Source of the DNA: Lytechinus pictus | Taxonomy: Eukaryota | Assembly: GCF_037042905.1 (NCBI RefSeq) | Contig: NC_087245.1 | Span: forward strand, 23,932,001 to 23,996,000 | DNA: 64,000 nt | Direction of reading: 5' to 3' | Part shown: positions 39,001 to 49,461 of the stretch, in pieces | Numbering within the stretch: position 1 is the stretch's first letter | Layout: each line of letters starts with the position of its first letter | Notes under the pieces: model-generated | Seen by the model: only the letters and a program-made list of their open reading frames with translations | What the model was told of the DNA's origin: nothing | The model's database searches: none | Translations under genes and position numbers: made by a program

Positions 39001-41113
39001 CTTCACATTGATCATGATGATAGAGAGGAGAAAGAAGAAAGCGGCGACACCAAAGCTCACTCGATAGACGGAACGATAGCCAGCCAGTCTTTCGCAGATC
39101 TCAGTTGGAACCAGCTGCCCAATGATGGCCACGTCCTGGCATAGTAACGGAGACTAGGAGGGGAACATGGGAAATGGGATCATGGGAAATATAAAAGCAC
39201 ACTCACAGGCCTGTATTCTGAAATCGAGTTAAAATTAATCTCTGGCCTTACGTGGTGGTTTAACTATAGATACCATACTGTAGTAAATTGTGACACAAAT
39301 CATAATGCTTAACAGCACAGGTTCAAATTATGATCTTATATGACAATCAAATCATTCATAATTGCCTGAGAATGATGAATAAAACAGATTCCCCAAACTG
39401 CCTGTTTGCTGTTGTTTTTAATAAACCAATTCAATTCATTTCAATGTTGTTTTTGAAAGCTGTGTAATAATGACGAAGCAATACTTACATTGGACAGTGC
39501 CTTATCGACCTGCGGCAAGAGGAATACGGCCGAGACAACGGCTCCAACCAGCAAGAAGAGGCCATAGACGATCCTGGTGGATGTTGAGTTCTTGCATGAT
39601 GGGCAGGCAGCACAGCAACAAGAGCAGGCTGCTGAACCAAAGCAACACGCCAACTACGTATAGATAGGAGAAATAACAAATTAATTTTTTTTTTCAGATT
39701 CGACACTCCTTCACTGGTTAATATTAATTTTAAAGGTTACTTTAAACTTTAAAGTGCACAGACATGGTCACACATGAGAAGAGAGGTGACAAATTTTGGA
39801 ATGCCCAAATTATAGGACAGAACTATTGACCGACTTTACAAAACAGCTGCTGTACAATGTACAAAATAAGTAGACGCTAGGACAGTGTTTCCAATTTCTA
39901 TGCTCTAATTTCTGTGTTATCACCCGTAACGTTAGCATGGTTAGTGCGAGGAACTTACCACTAAATGTTATACAATGTAGCTACAGTAGATGTACGCCTA
40001 AATGTATAAAAAAATAAACATTGGTTGTATACACTTGTTCATTGCAACCACCCTGCCTATGGGGAATCTATTTGTAGATCTATGGCTATGCAGTACACAA
40101 CACACATTTACAAAATTCTTTAAAATATCACTTCTGTAACCAAAAATATTTATTTTTATATACCGGTAGTTGTTTCTTTTTTTCATTATTAACTTGGGGA
40201 TCCTTTTTTTTTATTCACAAGAGCGCTAAAAAGCTGTAATTTTGAGCATTTTTTGTGTAGGCCCTCTATTTGACAAAAAATAAAATTGAAATTTTGATTG
40301 TAAAAAAACATTATTAATATACAATCAAAATTTAAATTTATTTTTTGTTGAATATTAATTTTTATCTATAAATTTTTCTTCAAGACGGCACTTCGTAACA
40401 CCACTCATCAAAGCTACATCATCACTCAAGCCTATTGTAACTTGTTACAGTATTTTCCACTCATTCAATGAACAAGGTTATGATATTTTCAATGTTTACG
40501 AATGGATACAGAGATTGGTCTGGTATCTCATTTTTCTAATTTTTGTGCAAAATGGTCATGGTCATACCTTACAAGTAAATCATGCGCATTAGGTCAATAC
40601 TACTGGTGTAATCTATGTAAAGTATGTACCGTAGTCATGGTAGTATTGAAAATGTAAACCAATCTAATTTATTTAATACAATTTTTGTAATATGCAATTG
40701 AATTGGCAGTTGCAGTTGCAATGACATTGACAATGTTAAAAATAAAATAAATATGAAGGGAATTCCTTTCTTCAAGTTCTTGACTCTTGTGTACAAAGTT
40801 CGCTAGGCATAGTCCCATATCATGCATATGCGTGCCTAGGCTCCATAATGTAATGACAGTATCATTATCATTAAAAAATATCATCAGAGAGTCATATACT
40901 TAGGCTAGCTCGGTACGAACTACACTGCTAATGTAATGGCAAAATGCTATGTGTAGTCATACATGCACATATCTTCATGTACGTCATCGGCAGTGCAGTA
41001 CCGTACCGGTACGTACGGTACTGAATACAAAGGCAAACTCTCACCGTCGCAGAATCTACACATTATCATTCGATCATTGAGTATTTACTTACAGCGCCTA
41101 ATCCACAGCACAT
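17893..41113 (-). CDS. SERINC1: Serine incorporator (SERINC/TMS1/TDE) family multipass membrane protein, SERINC1/3-like; 455 aa (464 aa with microexon)
   Basis: Minus-strand exons: 41113-41093, 39653-39489, 39153-38966, 38414-38335, 37758-37621, 37328-37246, 36183-36090, 34810-34718, 33025-32899, 32044-31996, [26657-26631], 22321-22288, 21756-21603, 18034-17893. All introns are GT-AG and phase-compatible. Family motifs present: [68 protein letters not shown]...RDF*. The exact vertebrate paralog cannot be assigned. Confidence 0.93.
19596..19766. mobile_element. Internally deleted Kolobok-like element
   Basis: TTAA-aggacaagtccacccc ... ggacttgacct-gtaa; same TIR as 58095-58909. Confidence 0.7.
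20925..21111. mobile_element. hAT-like MITE (same family as 36213-36536)
   Basis: cagggg..ggatccaggatttt ... ctggatccgccagtg, sharing internal sequence with 36213-36536. Confidence 0.65.
21603..21756 (-). CDS. SERINC1: SERINC penultimate exon
   Basis: [50 protein letters not shown]. Confidence 0.94.
22288..22321 (-). CDS. SERINC1: SERINC 34-nt loop exon
   Basis: gacag|AAA ACT CTG CTT GGG TCT ACA AAT TCA AGT GCT G|gtgagt; needed to convert phase 0 to phase 1. Confidence 0.85.
22943..23069. mobile_element. Diverged Harbinger-like MITE
   Basis: ggggacatttcatgaaa ... tttcacgaaatgttaccc with central tctgattggctga, as in 2301-2467. Confidence 0.5.
26631..26657 (-). CDS. SERINC1: Candidate 27-nt SERINC microexon (DGLQYGTNE)
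   Basis: atatag|GAT GGT CTA CAA TAT GGA ACT AAT GAG|gtaaga. It is phase 0-0 inside a phase-0 intron, with a branch-point-like CTAAC about 45 nt upstream. Confidence 0.6.
31996..32044 (-). CDS. SERINC1: SERINC exon 10
   Basis: [16 protein letters not shown]; tttcag acceptor, gtatgt donor. Confidence 0.9.
32899..33025 (-). CDS. SERINC1: SERINC exon 9
   Basis: [41 protein letters not shown]; donor gtaagt. Confidence 0.92.
34718..34810 (-). CDS. SERINC1: SERINC exon 8
   Basis: [30 protein letters not shown]; donor gtgagt. Confidence 0.93.
34970..35280 (+). mobile_element. Decayed Penelope-like element 3' end (GIY-YIG C-terminus plus hammerhead)
   Basis: 34973-35066 translates, with one frameshift, to [30 protein letters not shown], matching from memory the PLE C-terminal pattern HL..LEA.YI....P.LCRQKEFV..L.LF; followed by a CUGAUGA...GAAA motif. 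Confidence 0.7.
35202..35239 (+). ncRNA. Degenerate minimal hammerhead ribozyme-like motif
   Basis: AUACU-CUGAUGA-GUGCAUGUC-GAAA-AAAGCUUC-AGUAU. Stem I is 5 bp, the core is intact, stem II is eroded, and there is an AAGCUU palindrome. Confidence 0.55.
35933..36077. repeat. Tandem duplication of about 75 bp next to the SERINC exon 7 donor
   Basis: tgatcatgttttatcattattacctgatttt...gatttggacagggatatgaattaaattgaat occurs twice. Confidence 0.8.
36090..36183 (-). CDS. SERINC1: SERINC exon 7
   Basis: [31 protein letters not shown]; donor gtaaga. Confidence 0.93.
36213..36536. mobile_element. hAT-like MITE with 8-bp TSD
   Basis: GGGGTAAT duplicated at 36205-36212 and 36537-36544; imperfect TIRs caggggtggatccagg / cctggatcggccagt. 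Confidence 0.8.
37246..37328 (-). CDS. SERINC1: SERINC exon 6
   Basis: [27 protein letters not shown]; donor gtaagt. Confidence 0.92.
37621..37758 (-). CDS. SERINC1: SERINC exon 5
   Basis: [45 protein letters not shown]. Confidence 0.94.
38335..38414 (-). CDS. SERINC1: SERINC exon 4
   Basis: [26 protein letters not shown]; phases 2/1. Confidence 0.92.
38966..39153 (-). CDS. SERINC1: SERINC exon 3
   Basis: [34 protein letters not shown]...[12 protein letters not shown]; donor gtatgt. Confidence 0.92.
39489..39653 (-). CDS. SERINC1: SERINC exon 2
   Basis: [55 protein letters not shown], bounded by ag and gtaagt. Confidence 0.93.
41093..41113 (-). CDS. SERINC1: SERINC coding exon 1 (MCCGLGA)
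   Basis: ATG TGC TGT GGA TTA GGC GCT|gtaagt on the minus strand; phase 0 matches the next exon. Confidence 0.75.
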
Positions 41114-42602
41114 ATTAACACTTTATTCGAATGATTCCTTCGAGAAAATTATATGCAGTCACTTTAATATTCTAAAGAACAAAATAAGACTCTTTCGAAG
41201 GAGATATTGATGTGTAATTTTGTAGAAAATTTGCTGTCCGACGACGTAAAGCGATAATCAATCATGTATTGTTTATCATATCCTAAGTTAGTCTTTTCAC
41301 CATGTATGTAATATATTTTTTACGCAATGGGTAAATAACCATAGGGAATATGAGAGCTAAAGTCATTTTTCGCTCAATATAATATTCTTTCTAATATATT
41401 CATGATTTGAATTTATTGTTAAATAAAATGAAAATTTTGTATGAATTCTATACAAAAATTGTAAAACCTTGACTTAGACTAGTTAGTGATCACAAACCTA
41501 TTTATAGATTTGTTGCATGACAAACTATTTAGCGAGTGACGAAACGATGAGATTGTCAATTTAAAATTCCTTATACTTAATTCTTCATTTCTTGGATTTA
41601 AAATAAATGGTCCTTACTTTAAAAAAAAAATCAAATAGGCCTGCACAGAAGAAAATGAGGGAGCACAGCTCAGCAAATTGCGCCAATCAAGTTTTCTTGG
41701 CCGTATTACTTAAATTCTATATTCCCCAGGCCCTAGCTATAGCTTTTTTATGATAATTTTTTTACTTTGCTTGTTTATTGGGATTAATTCATGAATTTAC
41801 TTATTTAGTTTATTAAGGCCCATTATGTTCTTTTTCTTTCGGGGGTACCGTCAAGGAATACATAGGCCTTATGTTGGGTCCCGTGAGCGGCCGCCCTATA
41901 CTCATGAATGATGGAGACCTTTTTGCGCCAGCCTGCCTAAATGCATATTTGTTTTTATCAGCTTGGTAAATAAGCTAGGGTATAACAATTACAAAGTTGG
42001 CAAGAACGGTTTCAAGTTTCACGACACGATCACATATGCCATGAGATATGACTTCTAAATTATATATATATTTATTTGAACGGAAAGAAAGATATGAAAT
42101 ATAAGCGCTATTATTCTCGCTCACTTCGCCTATCTCTATTACTGTTTTTTTTTTGGTGGAAGCAAGATGATTTTGGAAAACAACAACTCTGCATTTTAAA
42201 TCATGGAATGTATATGTTTAGCCCTATATGTATAAATAGCCTATTTCCTATTTCCAAATAGCATTTATACCGCAATAAATAGTGCTATTTTTCTCTCGCT
42301 ATAGCTCCTCTTGCTACACTGCTTTTGCCGCATCATTTCGATGCAAGATGATAGTGAGAAAACAAGTGTATTCAAATACTTCCATGCCATATATAAGTAC
42401 TGGCATTATCATGTCAAATAGGTGTAAATGTTGTTATAAAAATACAATAGATAATTTACATGAAGTTCAAATTGAATTTTGCTGCTTAGGCTTTGCCTGT
42501 ATTTGTCATTAATGTGGTGATCACTAATAGTTTCAGACCGGGAAGGTTTGACGGAAATCTATCCAAGAAGAGATTGGTCCTACCTTTTTAAAAAGATTTT
42601 AA

Positions 42603-43262
42603 TCAAGTTCAAGTTCAAGTTTATTCAAACCAATCAAAACAAGAGACATATACATAGTTTAACAAGAAATGAGAATACATGCATGATAGGTTTGGGACCA
42701 CATAGAAGCAGAGCTTGTGAGAGGGGCCCTATACAGTACAGTACAGCAAGAATGAGATGAAAAATATATACAATGATAATAGAGAGTATAAATAAGAAAA
42801 ATACATACAAAAATACACACACACACACCAACACACACCCTCACGCACACATATGGTTTGTCAAGATTCAATTAAAGACACTTTGTAATCTTTCAAATAA
42901 ATAGCGACATGAATTTTTAAATATGGGCAGTGTTAATTGGACTGGATCTAAAGCTTTGTGGTAACTTATTCCATTCTTTGATACAAACTATCACAAAATA
43001 ATTCAAAGCAGTATTTGTTCTTGCAAGTGGTTGTTGGTGGATAGGATTTTTCTGCCGTGTATTGTACAAATGGACATTCGAGTTAGCAACAAATGCATCT
43101 TTTAAAAATGAACAGTTTTGAGAGGATTGTGATTTGTACATAAATATCAAACAATTGAAGGAGACTAAATCATCAAGAGGCAAAATCTTCAATTGCAGAA
43201 ATAAAGGAATATTTGGACATCTGTAATTTGTAGGACTAACGTCATATGCTAGTAATGCCATT
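42603..43262 (-). mobile_element. 3' end of a CR1/L2(Crack)-type LINE (ORF2 C-terminus and 3' tail)
   Basis: ORF 42917-43261 contains PLFLQLKILPLDDL..FMYK..HLYNTR..RT..WNKLP, a typical post-RT region; the 3' end is aataaa followed by (cttgaa)n. Confidence 0.8.
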
Positions 43263-44025
43263 TCAAAACGTCATTGAATTCCATAAATACCTATTCACGA
43301 TGACTGAAAAAAATCATATATAAGAGTCTATATACATATTCAATAGAAGCATAAGAAATTGTAGTATATGTTTCGGGAATTCTGCCACATTATGGTTCCT
43401 GCATTAAAACTCTAACCTTTTGGGGGTGGCTAGACGGGGACTCAAAATGGAGCAAACGAGAACTAAAATTTCAACAAATTTGAAGAAAAAAAAATGAAAT
43501 AAAGACGGGAGAACAAAAGAATATGTAAGAGGGGAAAAAATAATTCCCTTTGCCTTTAGTTTCCTATAGTTCCCTCTCCCTTCTCGTGCACCCCCCCCCC
43601 CGAAGGCGATGACAATCTGCCGACTCTTTGACAAAATAAGCAATCACTCGCTTCTCTTTCTCGCATCATTGTTTTTTTTTACTTAATGAGTTTTAATTCT
43701 GGGCTGGTTTTTTTAAGAAATTTGTTTACGATAACTATCCTTCTCCTGCAAATTATGAGCGTTATAATAACTTGGTAGTAGATCATATTCGTTTTGAATA
43801 ATGTTTTAGTCATTTTTTTTTCTTTATTATTCATGCCCCCAAACAGTAATCAATAGGCCTATTTTATGTTTTTTTTTATGTTATGAAAAATGTATTATAC
43901 GAATTGTATATGAATGCAGAAAAAAATAACTAAACAAATGTGCAATGTCGGTTGTATTGATAATAGATTTGTCTTATTTTTACACAGATTTTACCATTGT
44001 CTCTTAAACAACTGCGTATAATTAT

Positions 44026-45248
44026 GAAGAGTTTAGTTGCAAAAGGCGTTAGGTACACTTTGGACCATTCCGGGAAAAACCATGTTTTTTATTTTCACTT
44101 ATTGCAATATTCTTATGAGAAACTAAATTGTCATGATGTACTACCCTATCATGTGAACATAAAATTGGGTATAAAAGAAATCTACCTGTCTTCAATTTTT
44201 TTCTATATATTTAAAAAAAAATTATCATTGTGGACCTAACCCCTTTTGCAAGTTAACTTAAATAAATCCAATCTGTTTTGATTAAAAAGTGACTTTTCTT
44301 TGCCACTTTCATTCACGTTTTCATTTGAATCTCATATTTTCTTTCGTATCATCAGAGTGACTAAAAATTTAGAGGTTTAGAGACAGAAAACAATAAAATT
44401 TATGAAAAATTGACCTAACCCCTTTTGACAAATGAGTTCTTCAGAAGAGTTTTGTTGCAAAAGGGGTTAGGTCCACTCCAAGAAAGTCTTTTTTTTATTC
44501 TCCCATATTGCAATATTTTTATGCGAAACTGAATTTTCATGATACCCTTCCATGAGAACCTGAAATTGGGTATAAAAGAAATCTTCCTGTCTTCATATTT
44601 TTTTATGATATTCTTTTCCAAAAAATTCTGTGTGGACCCATGGACCTATTTTAATTTTGGTGGACCTAACCCCTTTTGCAACTAAACTGAAATGGACCTA
44701 ACCCCTTTTGAAAAAAAGTGGTTTTTCTTTGCCATTTTAGTTCACTTTTTAATAGGAATTTCAAATTTTCTTTGGTATCATCAGAGCGACTACAAATTTA
44801 GAGGTTTTGAGACTGAAAACAATTAATTTAAGAAAAATTGATCTAACCCCTTTAGACAAATGAGCTCTTCAGAAGAGTTTGGTTGCAAAAGGGGTTAGGT
44901 CCACTCCATGAAATATTTTTTTTAATTCTCCCATATTGCAATATTCTTATGCGAAACTAAATTTTCATGATACCATGAGAACATAAAATTGGGTATAAAA
45001 GAAGTCTACCTGTCTTCATATTTTTTAAAATATTCTTTAAAAAAAAATTCGGTTTGGACCTAACCCATTTTGCAACCAAACTGAAATGGACCTTACCCCT
45101 TTTGAAAAAAAGTGATTTTCTTTGCTATTTCAGATAAATTTTTAATGGGAATTTCAACTTTTCTTTGGTATCATCTTAAAAAGCTACTAAAAATCTATAC
45201 ATTGCGACAAAAAAATGGACCTAACCCCTTTTGAAAGTGAGCTCTTAT
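44026..45248. repeat. Head-to-tail trimer of a TIR-bounded MITE unit of about 420 bp
   Basis: Units start at 44026, 44444 and 44872 with gaagagttt.gttgcaaaagg.gttaggt and end ...gacctaaccccttttg...gag(c/t)tctt. Confidence 0.85.
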
Positions 45249-46979
45249 ATATTGAAAATATGATCTATCATCATGACTAACCTTACTGCAGCAACAGCCG
45301 GTTTAACTTTCCAAATTATTTTGTACCAGATATTCCACACCCCTGAGAACATACTCTTATTCCGTCATTCCACTTATTTTGTCTCCTTTCTTTTTCTCCC
45401 CTTTCTCTCCACCCCACTCTCTGTCTCCCATTCTACTCTTTTTCACTTTCCTTCTTATCTAATCCTTTACCTCAATCATTTTGATCACGCCCTTAGAACT
45501 ATAGGGCCTTTGTTAGTTGGTTCTCTTTTTTTTTCTTCACCTGTCATCTCTCTTCCTCTCCTAATCATAATACTTGAACTTTCCTTTAAATCTCCTGTAT
45601 CCACTGTCTTTTCTCCCGGTTCAGCTTTCTCCCCGATTTTTTTTCTTAAATCCCGAATCAAATTAATGTTATTTGTAATACTCGTATTTATCATTGTGAC
45701 TATATTTGTGAGTTGAGAAAAACAAAAATGTTGATCATTTTATTTGCGGGCAATATTCTATATTTACATAAGAATCCAAATCGACGAAATAAATTAATAA
45801 AAATATCTAGACATACACCTAAAGCCAAAGGCATATTATGTAGGATCAAATTTGAATATCATGGACGTTGGGAGGGGTTGGGATGCGTTCGAATGGCCAT
45901 GGAGAGAAGAAGAAGAAGAAGAAGGAGAAGAAGAAAACAAAAATTGGGCCGGAAAACTAATTGTTACCGCGTAGTAGGCAAACAAATACCGTATACTTAA
46001 AAGTCCATATCACACTTTTGAATTTTTGTGTTTATTGGTGTTTAAAATGCATCAATACACATTTTGCAAATTTACATTATAAAAACATAGTAAACAGTAA
46101 GCATGGTAATCGCAAACCAATTCTTACACACACACCATTTCTACTGTACAAAATACATCGAAACATGTACACAAATTCGAGCATACATGTTTGATTTAGT
46201 CATTTATATAATTATATGAAAGTATAAAGTTGTATAAAAATATAAACTCTTGATTATGGCAGTGTTAATATGACATTATAAAACATTAAAACACAAAATT
46301 AATTGAAAGCTTCAGGACAATAATCGAACAAGACATTACAAAAAGTCAATGGCAATTGATCAACAAACTGTCATGATTATAGAATGATGGATTAAAAACA
46401 TTTGCATGCAAATTCCAATAATTAATATGCAAAACCTGTCACTCCTAAAATCAATATTCATTTGCAATGTAGATGACTTATGGATACGCATTAAAGTTTT
46501 TAAACAATAGGCATCGTTTGTATACACGACATATATATATAATATGATCCAGTACAACATGCACGATAATTTTTGACGTAGCAGAAATGCCCGAACCGAC
46601 ATAAAACACATGCAATGGTATAAAGGGCATAATAAAAGTATAACATTTCGCATACATTATATGCTTATAAAAGACCACATCACTTTGAACATGAATACAT
46701 AGGCGTATAATAGTTTAGACCCCGTGGTTTAGACTAACCAATTTTGATACAGAACCCTAGAATAATATCGAAGATATGCCAAATAAACAAATCTATATAC
46801 ATAATTATATATGTGCTTGTTAAAAATGGCATCAGTATATTCAGCTGTTGTTGATTAAACAAAAATCAATGAAAATGGTTGAAGTACTGGAATTATAGCA
46901 GATAAGTATAAGGCAATGGAAATGTCGAAAATTAGGCCTACGCCATACCATCTATTCAGGGACAAAAAAGGAAATGTCT

Positions 46980-47265
46980 GGGCCCGTCTTACAAAGAGTT
47001 GCGATCGTTCCGATCAACCACAACTGTACGTGGAAGGCCAAGAACATCAACATATAAACTGCATGATTGTTCAAAATATTTTCCAGATGTGATGTATATT
47101 TCTATACGTTCATTGTTTTCTTGAAAATTCAATGTGCTTTTCTTTATTTACAAAAGACATTGTCCAAATTTCCTGTAGTAGAAATTATGACATTGATGGA
47201 TATTAAATATAGCTGAGGTGGATCGGATCAATAGCAACTCTTTGTAAGACCATGAAGACAGGGCC
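46980..47265. mobile_element. MITE (Harbinger-like)
   Basis: TIR gggcccgtcttacaaagagttgcgat / tagcaactctttgtaagac. Confidence 0.65.
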
Positions 47266-49338
47266 GAGGTCCTCAAAGCTTGAAAGAATACATTATCAGG
47301 AATGCAATATTGCAATATGATAGTTTGAAAAAGTGAGTTAAGACTGTCTGTGAAATTATGGCAATCGATGGACAGGAAAATGGTCTACAAGGAATGTAAA
47401 AAATATCTCAAGAAGAAAAATAAAACCCCTAATCATTGTTCCTCCCTTAGTTCACAAAGACATAATAACAAAAAAACTAGACATAAACCTTGCCTAGATG
47501 GAGGAACGGGGGACTGATATACCGTTCACAAATATTTTTAATGTGTTTTTCTTCATGAAAACAAGTAATAATGGTTGAAAAGTTGTCCATTTATTTGGAA
47601 GACAAATTAAGCTATGTTATTCACCATAACCGGTACACTAATATCATTTTCACTATATGCATAGCATATACAAGCATTATTGCAATTATTAATCGCAATC
47701 ACTCTGGAAGGACTTCATCTGAGTGTGTTTCACAAAAAGATTTAGATTAATCCAACCTATCACAACTTTGGGCAACCAACAGCACAACGGTCCAGAATGC
47801 ACATCGGCTGGAGCTTACAGCTTACCTTGTCGCATTTAATTTAATTAATTAATTAACTAATTTTATTCATTTATTTATTTATTGATATGTTCATTCTATT
47901 TTTTTTTTTTTTTTTTTTGGGGGGGGGGGGCTACAAAATAGACCGTGCATTAAGACTATTGTGGCACAGTTGACTTGCCATAGTTTAGATTGATGGCATC
48001 AATCACAATTTGTAAGACAAGGACCATATTAAATGGTAACCTATGACCCATTATGCAATCTACAACATAATACACTTTCATTCAACTTATTCAAAACAAT
48101 TAACCAAACCATTACTATTAATGGCAAATTGCAAACTTCATTTTATATTTACATGAATACAAACTGCTATTGCAAATTTTTACACATTAGGCTTGTGCGA
48201 GAAAATCTTTGTCTTCAAAGATTATAACTCATGCCAGATATTGATCATCTTTTCAAGGTAAAATACAGTACTTTAAAAATCCTTGTGCCCGCACAAATAC
48301 AAAAGTAAAAACATTATTTACAGTTAACACCTATTTGTTACCTTGGCTGAATATTACATCAAATCCCTCTGGAAGCATTAAAGTATCTCTATAGAATCAC
48401 GTTACGAATGAATAATACAGTATCATCATTTCATTTTGGTTATTGTAAAAAAAAATAATAAAACTTGTCATCTCAGACATCGATACACAATATCAAACAA
48501 TCGAAAGTTTTGAACAATATAATGGAACAATAATTAACAGAAAGCAGAAGTTGAAGAGTGATTTGCTACTTTTATAGACCAGCTATGCAGAGTTCTAATC
48601 ACGAAGAATGGTTCAAGGTCAGTGGTCTTGTTTATTCCAGAGTCGGACTCTGAACAAACTTTACTATAAAAGTTTTCACCAAAAATGACTTTCCAAATAA
48701 ATTTCTTTAAAATTACGTCGGTATAAAAGCAAAATGCACGTTTTAATTTACGCCAAAACGACTTGGGTGCGAGAAGGGATCCGACGAGAGACTGGGCTGA
48801 GAGACGCTCTAAAATAACCGAAAGGTCGTCGAATTAAACAAAATGGTAGAAGTATAGGCGTCGTCGTCAGTGGCAGATCCAGCCATTATATTTTTTTTTA
48901 TGCACACCAGTGGGCAAAGATTCGTGCCTCATCCGACTCGAATTGCTTCTGGTCGTCATCATAGAAATAGTAGAAGTAAAGTCGTATATTTGTGGTAGCA
49001 GCAGTCGGAGAAGTATGGTTCTGTAGCAACATTAACAGAAGAACAAGGAACAAGAGGTAAAAGTATTAAAGTTGTGAATTTGAAGGAGTTGTACAGTGCC
49101 ATTGAATCCTCTATGCCTCCATAAAAGGAAACCAGATCCCTTTATCTTTCATTTCCATCACCAGATAACAGGAAGCGGCGTGGTAGTTTCATCTTCGAAC
49201 ACAAAATATACCACAAGGGTGGCCTTCCACCATCCCGCTGATGCCACAGTGAGTCCAAGAGCTCTATGTGGGCACAGGCCTGAAACACTCCATGTCGGTC
49301 GTAGCTGACGTAAGAGCAGCTGCTACGACAGAACAAGT

Positions 49339-49461
49339 TCACGTGCGCCATGGGATGTATTCTGTGTCTTTCTTCTGATCGGGTGGTTGGTCAATATTTG
49401 TGTTTGCATCTGCTTCAGGTGGGACGAAGTTCTTGCTTACCCATTCTGCTGCTGATGGTTC
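49339..49461 (-). CDS. LRR receptor probable last coding exon
   Basis: Pyrimidine-rich tract then ctttgcag|GAA CCA...; only phase 0 stays open for 40 codons before TGA. An internal alternative donor (TGG|gtaagc at 49441/49440) also exists. Confidence 0.6.
   Translation of the reverse strand, partial: EPSAAEWVSKNFVPPEADANTNIDQPPDQKKDTEYIPWRT

Noticed and set aside
44026-45248. Regularly spaced ggacctaaccccttttg motifs resembling a CRISPR array or telomere repeats
   Set aside because: Eukaryotic context, the spacers are themselves repeated, there are no cas genes, and the motif is not a tandem TTAGGG array.
45273-45716. 147-aa hydrophobic ORF
   Set aside because: It arises from CT-rich low-complexity sequence and has no splice or family support.
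49142-49351. ORF overlapping the LRR stop, or possible stop readthrough
   Set aside because: It is in a different frame, has no readthrough context (TGA-ACT) and encodes no recognisable domain.
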